Of a DNA stretch of 64,000 nucleotides, positions 54,498-64,000 are shown piece after piece. The stretch lies in assembly GCA_965215195.1 (NCBI GenBank), contig CBDCDC010000001.1:928001-992000 (forward strand), written 5' to 3'. Origin of the DNA: Candidatus Latescibacterota bacterium (lineage in GTDB: Bacteria > Latescibacterota > UBA2968 > UBA8231). Under the pieces are notes generated by a model that had not been told where the DNA came from, did no database searches, and was given only the letters and a program-made list of their open reading frames with translations. How positions within the stretch are numbered: the first letter of the stretch is position 1; each line of letters begins with the position of its first letter. The position numbers and the translations under genes are program-made.

Positions 54498-55469
54498 TTA
54501 GCTCCCGTATTTATTGCGTACTTTCTCGAAGAGCATCTGCTGGATCGATTGGGCGGCTTCTGTAGGTCCCGTTCCACATTCCGAATCCAACCTCTGAAGT
54601 GCGGCTCGATGAAATTCGGGCACGATCTCAAAGCCTATGAAGTGCCTGTTGAGTCGCCGCGCAGCAACAGCCGTAGTGCCGCTGCCCATGAACGGATCCA
54701 ATACCACTTGGCCCTCTCGCGTCGTGAGCTTGATCAGGAACTTGATGAGCTTCAGCGGTTTCTGGGCCTCGTGAATTTTTTGTTCGCCTTTTTGGAAACC
54801 AAACGCCAATAGATTGGTTGGGGTTGCGCCATGGCTCTGACACGCTTCTGTGTTCATGGCCCCTACGCCTTGCTCGAGGATGTTGTCAGCAATAGTGCCG
54901 CCGATCTTGTAGGGCTTCACGAACCAAGCAATCGGCTCATATACGGGCGCGAGGTTCCCCAAACGCCAGCCGCGCCACGCTTTGGCCTCGGCCTCTAACC
55001 CGCGTCTCGCAAAGACAATGCTCACCCTTTGCGCTCGATGGTGCGCCGATTCTTTCTGCCAAGCGAGCATGTCCTTGAGGAGGAAACCGCTGTCTTCAAA
55101 AGCGTTGACGACGCGGTGTATAGTACGGCGTGCGCCGAAAACGAAGAGCGATGCGCCGCGCTTCATTTTTGGCAAAAGCCGTTCAGTCCAGCTTTGACAC
55201 CACTGCTGATACTCTCGTCCCATGTTTCTATCGGCCTGCGACCAGCCATTGATGGGCTTGCCTCGCCTCTTAAAGGCCGATTTCCCAGCCTGCGCGGGCG
55301 ACTGCCCCAACAGCGCTGAGTTCGTATTGTCGTGTAAGACATCCCAGTCATCTAGGTTGATTCCATAGGGAATGTCCGACAGGAAAAGTTCTATGCTGTT
55401 GTCGGCCAAGCGCGAAATGTGATCTCGGCAGTCGCCGCGGGTGATTTTGTCCAAATACGCTTCGTTCAT
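54498..55469 (-). CDS. Beta-class N6-adenine DNA methyltransferase, M.HindIII-like
   Basis: SDIPYG catalytic motif precedes VLDPFMGSGTT. WDVLHDNTNSALLG, FKRRGKPINGWS, HRAQR and GWRLGNLAP.YEPI.WF.KPY segments closely resemble M.HindIII as recalled. Confidence 0.88.
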   Translation of the reverse strand: MNEAYLDKITRGDCRDHISRLADNSIELFLSDIPYGINLDDWDVLHDNTNSALLGQSPAQAGKSAFKRRGKPINGWSQADRNMGREYQQWCQSWTERLLPKMKRGASLFVFGARRTIHRVVNAFEDSGFLLKDMLAWQKESAHHRAQRVSIVFARRGLEAEAKAWRGWRLGNLAPVYEPIAWFVKPYKIGGTIADNILEQGVGAMNTEACQSHGATPTNLLAFGFQKGEQKIHEAQKPLKLIKFLIKLTTREGQVVLDPFMGSGTTAVAARRLNRHFIGFEIVPEFHRAALQRLDSECGTGPTEAAQSIQQMLFEKVRNKYGS

Positions 55470-55526
55470 GCCGACTCCAATTCAAGAATGTCGTTTTTGG
55501 CAACGGATTGAACCTTTTGAATCTTG

Positions 55527-56582
55527 TTATCGAGTGTGCTCCACTTCAGCACCTCCTTTATCGCTTCTAAGCGCAACTAGTGTCAAAACCTCCGCCGGAT
55601 TCTGGCCACAGGCCCTCAGCAGGTGCCTTGTGTTTCTTATTGCTTTTTGGCCACCTCTCGCTTCCACCCACAACCCCTCCTTGAGACGTTGCGGTCTTTC
55701 AAAAGGCGAGCCGTCAGGATGTTCTTTCTTTATATTGACGATATAATGCCCTTTTTTCATAGTAAGCACAGGGACGTTTTTCGAGAGCAAACCTTTTGAA
55801 TAAAGCCACTCCGCCGTATTCACTAAAACATCCTTCCACAATCGGATGCCATTCTCGCTCTCGTCGGGAAACTTGATTGCCAGCGGAGGATCACCTGAAC
55901 TACTAGGACTTCTTCCTCTGAACATATCCGAAAGCGCAACCCACTTGGTATCCTTCGGCTCTGGCGCGGATGATGGGGCTGCTTTTGTGGGTTCGGGGTA
56001 GGACTCCGGCGTGGACGGCGTCGCTTTTACAGGTTCGGGGTGAGCGGGCACTGGCTCCGGTTCCGACTCGGCGGCAAAAATCGGCTCGTTTGCCGGCGTC
56101 GGCTGGCCCGATACCATGTTACTACGCCAAAGCAAGAGCAGTTTCAGGGCGCACTCATGGGTAGGGTCATGAGTGATAGATACTTGTAAGAGACGGCGGT
56201 CCTCCAACCGTTCCTGTTTGAAAACTTCGTAAAACTCCCAATAATCACCATCGGTCAGACCGGCATAAGGAATGCCTTCCATGTTTGCGTAGCGCACCAT
56301 CTGCTCTTGGTACTTGACCAGCGACTCCCCCAGTTTTTTGGCCTCAATAAATGCCGCCGGCTTATCACCAGAGCCTCGCAAAGCATAATCAACCGGACCA
56401 GAGCCGGAGGGGTACTCCGGGGTTACTAACGCCGGATCGGCCGGATCCCACTCCAGCGCTTGTAGCAACGGGTCAATAAGTGCCATCCGTGTGCGCGTTT
56501 CGTTGATCTGCAAATTCTGTTTGTGGGTGCGGATGCGTTCTTTGATCGTCTCAATCGCGCCGACCAAATCGTCGAGCAGCAT
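55527..56582 (-). CDS. HsdR N-terminal-type PD-(D/E)xK nuclease domain + Pro-rich linker + C-terminal putative DNA-binding domain
   Basis: NETRTRMALIDPLL.AL.W, PEY...VDYAL, FIEAKK, Q...Y and LTDG..W motifs; no helicase motifs. Confidence 0.8.
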   Translation of the reverse strand: MLLDDLVGAIETIKERIRTHKQNLQINETRTRMALIDPLLQALEWDPADPALVTPEYPSGSGPVDYALRGSGDKPAAFIEAKKLGESLVKYQEQMVRYANMEGIPYAGLTDGDYWEFYEVFKQERLEDRRLLQVSITHDPTHECALKLLLLWRSNMVSGQPTPANEPIFAAESEPEPVPAHPEPVKATPSTPESYPEPTKAAPSSAPEPKDTKWVALSDMFRGRSPSSSGDPPLAIKFPDESENGIRLWKDVLVNTAEWLYSKGLLSKNVPVLTMKKGHYIVNIKKEHPDGSPFERPQRLKEGLWVEARGGQKAIRNTRHLLRACGQNPAEVLTLVALRSDKGGAEVEHTR

Positions 56583-56792
56583 AGTATTATTCCTTCTATG
56601 ATGGGTTGTGACCTACACGAGGGACAAACTGCGAATCAGTTGCCCCTTCTGCCAATAGCCTTGTGAGACGATGTATTGGGCTGCTTCGCCTCCTTTGTAC
56701 GCGCTGGGGTCCACACGGATTTTCTCGCAATTTCACCCAATGTTCCGCACCTTTTTCTTTTTTGCGTGGGCTGGTCCCGCCGCTCGCCCAAT

Positions 56793-58106
56793 TCACAGAT
56801 AGCTATTGACGATATTTTCCAGCATTTCCTCGCGGCCACTGCGCCGTTCCGGCTCGCCGTGCTGGTGGACGTAAGCTTCTAGCTCGGCGAAGTTGGTGTC
56901 GCCGCGCATGATCTTCTCGCCAATGCCGCTGCGGTACGAGGCGTAGCGCGCCTCCACAAAGGCGTCGAGTGCGCCGTCGTCGATGATGCGCTGGGCCAGC
57001 GTTAGCCCGCGGGCAAACGAGTCCATGCCGCCGATGTGGGCGTGGAAGAGATCCTCCAAGTCGCAGGAGCCGCGCCGCACCTTGGCGTCGAAGTTGATGC
57101 CGCCGGGCGCGATGCCGCCTTGCTTGAGGATCACCAGCATGGCGTAGGTGGTGGAGTAGAGGTCGGTGGGGAATTGGTCGGTGTCCCAGCCGAGCAGGTA
57201 ATCGCCGCGGTTGGCGTCAATGCTGCCCAGTTTGCCCTCGGCCGAAGCGAGCTGGAGGTCGTGTTCAAAGGTGTGGCCGGCCAGGGTGGCGTGATTGGCT
57301 TCGATGTTGAGCTTAAACTCGTCCAACAGGTCGTATTTGCGGAGAAAGCTCAAGACGGTAGCGGCGTCGTAGTCGTATTGGTGCTTGGTCGGCTCTTTGG
57401 GCTTGGGCTCCACGAGCAGGGTGCCGGTAAAGCCGAGCGCCTTTTTGTGTTCCACGGCCATGTGCAAGAAGCGTGCGAGCTGGTCCTGCTCGTGCGCCAT
57501 GTTGGTGTTGAGCAAGCTGGAGTACCCCTCGCGCCCACCCCAAAACACGTAGTTGGCCCCCCCGAGCCGATGGGTGCATTCCATGGCCTTTTTGATCTGC
57601 GCCGCGGCCCAGGCGAAGACGTGAGCGTCGGGATTGGTGGCGGCCCCGTGGGTAAAGCGTGCGTGCGAGAAACAGTTGGACGTGCCCCACAGCAAGCGGA
57701 CGCCCGTGTCGGCTTGCAATTGCTCGGCCAGCCCCACGATGTGGTCGAGGCGGTCGTTGCTCTCTTTGAGGGTTTCGCCTTCGGGCGCGATGTCGCGGTC
57801 GTGCCAGCAGTAGAACGGTGCGCCGAGCTTGGCGATGAACTCAAAGGCCGCGTGCAGGGTGTCCTCGGCGCGCTGCATGGGGTCGGCGGCGCGGTCCCAA
57901 GGCCGGTCGTACACCGGCGTCGGGCCGAAGGGGTCGATACCCCCGCCCTTGAAGCTGTGCCAAAAGGCCACGGAGAAGCGCAGGTGCTCGGCCATGGTCT
58001 TATCGCCGACCGTAGCCTCGGCGTCGTAGTGCTTGAAGGCCAAGGGATTTTTAGAATCTGGGCCTTCGTAGGCAATTTTTTTGATGCCCTTAAAAAATTC
58101 GCTCAT
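56793..58106 (-). CDS. xylA: Xylose isomerase (class II)
   Basis: LRFSVAFWH, WHDRD, FWGGREGY, EPKPKEPTKHQYD, NIEANHATLAGH and GWDTDQF motifs. Confidence 0.96.
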   Translation of the reverse strand: MSEFFKGIKKIAYEGPDSKNPLAFKHYDAEATVGDKTMAEHLRFSVAFWHSFKGGGIDPFGPTPVYDRPWDRAADPMQRAEDTLHAAFEFIAKLGAPFYCWHDRDIAPEGETLKESNDRLDHIVGLAEQLQADTGVRLLWGTSNCFSHARFTHGAATNPDAHVFAWAAAQIKKAMECTHRLGGANYVFWGGREGYSSLLNTNMAHEQDQLARFLHMAVEHKKALGFTGTLLVEPKPKEPTKHQYDYDAATVLSFLRKYDLLDEFKLNIEANHATLAGHTFEHDLQLASAEGKLGSIDANRGDYLLGWDTDQFPTDLYSTTYAMLVILKQGGIAPGGINFDAKVRRGSCDLEDLFHAHIGGMDSFARGLTLAQRIIDDGALDAFVEARYASYRSGIGEKIMRGDTNFAELEAYVHQHGEPERRSGREEMLENIVNSYL

Positions 58107-58170
58107 GGTTTGCTCTTTCTGAGTTTAGTGGAATCCGCGAGGTCTTGCGCCGCAAAGCGCATAGACGAGC

Positions 58171-58944
58171 TCACGCTGGAGTGACGTAGGCGGCGGTGAT
58201 GCCGCCATCGACGACAAAGGTCGCGCCGGTGATGAAGGAGGCGTCGTCCGAGGCCAAGAAGACGACCGTGCGGGCGATTTCTTCAGCTTCGCCGAAGCGG
58301 CCCATGGGAATGTGGACCAAGCGGCGCTGGCGCTTCTCCTCGCTGTCGAGGTATTGCATCAACAGCTCGGTGCGCAAGGGGCCGGGGCACAGCGCGTTGA
58401 CGCGGATGTTTTCGCGAGCGTGGACAACGGCTAGCTCGCGCGTCAGCGCGAGGACGCCGCCCTTGCTGGCGGTATAGGCCAATTGGGGGGTGGCCGCTCC
58501 GAGCAAGGCCACGAAAGAGGCGGTGTTGACGATTGCGCCGCGGCCGGCGCGGCGCAGGGCCGGAATGCCGTATTTGCAGCCCAAAAAGACGCCCTTGAGA
58601 TTGACGGCCATGGTCAGGTCCCAAACCGCTTCTTCGGTGTCGATGGCGTCGGCGTCGGCGTGGTGGGAGATGCCGGCGTTGTTGAACAGCACGTTGAGGC
58701 GACCATAAGCGGCTTCGGCTTGCTGCACCATGCGCTCGCAGTCGGCGGCGCGAGCCACGTCGGCCGCAATGGCGATGGCCCGACCGTTGTGCGCGGCGAT
58801 GGCGTCAGCCGTTTGCTCGGCCGTGGCGGCGTCGATGTCAACGGCCGCGATGTGTGCGCCTTCGCGGGCGCAGTGCAGCGCGGTTTGGCGGCCGATGCCC
58901 GAGCCAGCGCCGGTGATGAGGACGACTTTGTCGGCGAGCCTCAT
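58171..58944 (-). CDS. Short-chain dehydrogenase/reductase
   Basis: TGAGSGIG, NNAG, YTASKG and NALCPG motifs. Confidence 0.92.
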   Translation of the reverse strand: MRLADKVVLITGAGSGIGRQTALHCAREGAHIAAVDIDAATAEQTADAIAAHNGRAIAIAADVARAADCERMVQQAEAAYGRLNVLFNNAGISHHADADAIDTEEAVWDLTMAVNLKGVFLGCKYGIPALRRAGRGAIVNTASFVALLGAATPQLAYTASKGGVLALTRELAVVHARENIRVNALCPGPLRTELLMQYLDSEEKRQRRLVHIPMGRFGEAEEIARTVVFLASDDASFITGATFVVDGGITAAYVTPA

Positions 58945-60323
58945 GATGCTGTGGCCCGCGCTGCCTCGCCTACGACCTCTGACAGGGCCGGATGCGCGTG
59001 GACGGTGCGGGCCACATCCTCGGCACTGGCACCGAACTCTAGGGCCAAGACGCCCTCGGCAATCAAGTGGGAAGCCTGCGGCCCTAGGATGTGCATCCCC
59101 AAGAGCTGGTCGGTGTGCGCATCGGCGACGACCTTGACTAGGCCGTCGATGTCGTCCATGCAGTGAGCGCGGGCATTGCCGCGAAATGGGTACTTGCCGA
59201 TGGCGACCTCGCGGCCGGCCGCTATAGCTTCTTCCTCGCTCGCCCCCACGGAGGCCAATTCTGGATGGGTGTACACGACCGCGGGTATGGCCGCGTAGTT
59301 GACCTGCCCAGCGCGCCCGGCCATGCGCTCGGCAACCGCGATTCCTTCGGCCTCGGCCTTGTGGGCCAACATCGGCCCAGGCACGAGGTCGCCGATAGCC
59401 CAGATCCCCTCGACATTGGTGCGCCCCTGCGCGTCAACGAGGACCTGTCCCTGCTCGTTGACTGCCACGCCCACGTCTTCCAGCCCCAACCCCGTGCTAC
59501 ATGGTTTGCGCCCCACGGCCACCAGCACCTGATCGCACGTCTCGACGCGCTCTCGATCGCCGGCCGCTATGGTCAGGGTCACTTGGCCTTCTGCGCTCGC
59601 GGCCGCTTGGGCCTTGGCCCGGAGCAAGAACTTTAGTCCCTGTCGCTTGAGCAGCCGCTCTAGCTGTTGGGCCATCTCGCGGTCCATCCCCGGCAAAATC
59701 TGCTCCATGGCTTCCACTACGAGCACTTGGCCCCCCAGCCGCGACCACACGGACCCCAGTTCAAGCCCAATGGCACCGCCGCCAATGACGACGAGCCGCT
59801 CAGGCACCTTTTTTAGGGTTAGGGCCTCGGTCGAGCTGATTACGTGTTCGCCGTCAAAGGGCAGGTTCGGCAGTTCCACGGGCGTACTCCCGGTGGCCAA
59901 CAGAATGTGCTTGGCAGACAGCGCCTGCTCGCCGTCAGTTCCTTGCACCGATACGCTCCCCGGGGCGAGGACTTGGCCCTTGCCGACGAAATGCGTCACC
60001 CCCCGACCCTTAAACAGCCCCTCAATGCCCTTGGTCATGGTCTGCACGATTTTCTCTTTCCGCGCCATCATGGCCCGCAGGTCCAAGCCCACTTCGCCCT
60101 GCCCGATCCCGTGGTGCCCCAACCCCTTCTTGGCCCGGTAAAACAAAGCACTCGACTCCAGCAGGGCCTTGCTGGGGATGCAGCCGACGTTGAGGCAGGT
60201 GCCGCCGAGATAGCTTTTGTCGATACAGGCCACCTTCATGCCGAGTTGTGCCGCCTTGCTCGCGGCCACGTAGCCGCCGGGGCCGGCGCCGATGACAACT
60301 AAGTCGAATGCAGTGTCGCGCAC
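58941..60323 (-). CDS. lpdA: Dihydrolipoyl dehydrogenase (E3)
   Basis: GAGPGGY, GGTCLNVGCIPSK, GPMLAHKA and HAHPALSE motifs. Confidence 0.96.
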   Translation of the reverse strand: MRDTAFDLVVIGAGPGGYVAASKAAQLGMKVACIDKSYLGGTCLNVGCIPSKALLESSALFYRAKKGLGHHGIGQGEVGLDLRAMMARKEKIVQTMTKGIEGLFKGRGVTHFVGKGQVLAPGSVSVQGTDGEQALSAKHILLATGSTPVELPNLPFDGEHVISSTEALTLKKVPERLVVIGGGAIGLELGSVWSRLGGQVLVVEAMEQILPGMDREMAQQLERLLKRQGLKFLLRAKAQAAASAEGQVTLTIAAGDRERVETCDQVLVAVGRKPCSTGLGLEDVGVAVNEQGQVLVDAQGRTNVEGIWAIGDLVPGPMLAHKAEAEGIAVAERMAGRAGQVNYAAIPAVVYTHPELASVGASEEEAIAAGREVAIGKYPFRGNARAHCMDDIDGLVKVVADAHTDQLLGMHILGPQASHLIAEGVLALEFGASAEDVARTVHAHPALSEVVGEAARATAS

Positions 60324-60356
60324 GGTGTTTCCTTTTTGCAATGGGTGCGGTGCTGG

Positions 60357-61559
60357 TTATACCTCTAACAGCAGCCGCGCTGGATCCTCGAGGAGCTCTT
60401 TCAACCGCACCAAAAACGAGACCGACTGCTGCCCATCGACGAGCCGATGGTCGTAGGACAGCGCCACGTACATCATTGGCCTGATCACCACTTGGCCCTC
60501 CACGGCCACGGGCCGCTCTTGGATCGCGTGCATTCCCAAGATGCCGCTTTGCGGTGCGTTTAGAATCGGCGTGGAAAGCAGCGAGCCAAAAATCCCGCCG
60601 TTGGTGATGGTAAAGGTGCCACCGCTTAGCTCGTCCATGGCCAGCTTGTTGTCGCGGGCACTCAGGGCGAGCCGCTTGATGTGGCTTTCGAGCTGGGCGA
60701 TGGACATCTGATCGGCGCGGCGCAAGACCGGCACGACTAGCCCGCGCTCGGTGCTCACTGCGATCCCCAAATTGACGAAGTCGTGATACACAATGTGCGT
60801 GCCGTCGATTTGCGCGTTGATCGCTGGAAACTCGCCGAGCGCGAGGACAGCGGCGCGCGAGAAAAAGGACATCAGCCCCAGCGACGCGCCGTGGACTTGG
60901 GCAAAACGCTCCTTGTATTTGGCTCTGATCTGCATCACCCCGCTCATGTCGATTTCGTTAAAGGTCGTCAGCATGGCCGCGTTGTGCTGGGCGGCGACCA
61001 AGTGCTCAGCAATGCGCTGGCGGAGCCGGCTCATGGGCTCGCGACGGATGCGATCGGGACCAGCGGGTGCAGGTGGCGGCTGAGCGGGTTCGGGGACTGG
61101 TGGCGGTTGAATGGATTCAGGCGCAGGTGGTTGAGCGGATTCGGGCGCAGGTGGCGGCTGCATGGGATCGGCGGTCTCTAGGTGAGCGAGCACGTCCTTC
61201 TTGGTCAGCCGCCCGTCCTTGCCCGTGCCCAAAATCGCGGCCGGGTCCAGCTCGTGCTCTTCGACTAAGCGGCGCACGGCTGGGCTTAGGACGGGTTCGG
61301 GTTTGGACGCCGGGACCGGCGCGGCGGATTGTTCTATTTCCGCAACTACCGCTCCTATGGCTAGGGTGGTGTCGGTAGGTTGTAGGTGTTTGAGTGCGCC
61401 GCTGGCTGGGGACGGCAGCTCGACGTTGGCCTTGTCGGTCTCCAGCACACAGAGCGGCTCGTCGCGCTCGACGCGCTCGCCGTCGTCCTTGAGCCACTCG
61501 AGGAGAAGCACCTCGCTGACCGATTCACCCATGCTCGGTATTGCGACTTGTACTGACAT
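60357..61559 (-). CDS. sucB: Dihydrolipoyllysine succinyltransferase (E2o)
   Basis: LETDKA lipoyl site, [19 protein letters not shown] and [10 protein letters not shown] motifs. Confidence 0.95.
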   Translation of the reverse strand: MSVQVAIPSMGESVSEVLLLEWLKDDGERVERDEPLCVLETDKANVELPSPASGALKHLQPTDTTLAIGAVVAEIEQSAAPVPASKPEPVLSPAVRRLVEEHELDPAAILGTGKDGRLTKKDVLAHLETADPMQPPPAPESAQPPAPESIQPPPVPEPAQPPPAPAGPDRIRREPMSRLRQRIAEHLVAAQHNAAMLTTFNEIDMSGVMQIRAKYKERFAQVHGASLGLMSFFSRAAVLALGEFPAINAQIDGTHIVYHDFVNLGIAVSTERGLVVPVLRRADQMSIAQLESHIKRLALSARDNKLAMDELSGGTFTITNGGIFGSLLSTPILNAPQSGILGMHAIQERPVAVEGQVVIRPMMYVALSYDHRLVDGQQSVSFLVRLKELLEDPARLLLEV

Positions 61560-61569
61560 GCAAATGCTC

Positions 61570-64000
<2,431 letters not shown>

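Noticed and set aside
54498-55469. Avoidance of AAGCTT as evidence of active HindIII-like restriction
   Set aside because: Sites are present (near 3047, 46166 and 56873), and I cannot count reliably enough by eye to claim depletion.
61065-61165. Degenerate 24-27-bp tandem repeats in sucB
   Set aside because: Ordinary Pro/Ala/Glu-rich E2 linker.

Overview
GC-rich bacterial chromosomal window with no rRNA, CRISPR array, prophage or intact transposase/integrase. The housekeeping backbone comprises: an MntR-controlled Mn/Fe ABC operon (both permeases fused to DtxR-type domains); an AcoAB-like E1/E2 cluster; pap; aroC; carA; proC-hisH-hisF-proB-ftsB-recO-glyQS; tRNA-Leu(TAG)-tig-clpP-clpX-engB-serA-purA-prpB-prpC; and sucA-sucB-lpdA-SDR-xylA. 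Several small, more AT-rich islets interrupt it and carry candidate defence or toxin-antitoxin modules: a nuclease-like plus helical-repeat pair (39.5-41.1 kb), an ABC-ATPase/DUF4276-fragment/unknown/HEPN cluster (44.8-47.3 kb), an HsdR-N nuclease plus M.HindIII-like methyltransferase (54.5-56.6 kb), and a soluble plus 2-TM pair (10.4-11.1 kb). Three non-autonomous MITE families with readable TIRs and target-site duplications are present. Several genes appear collapsed by internal deletion (a PhyH head-tail minigene, a DUF4160/DUF2442 relic, HicA lacking its catalytic motif). All family assignments come from motif recognition by eye, not database searches.
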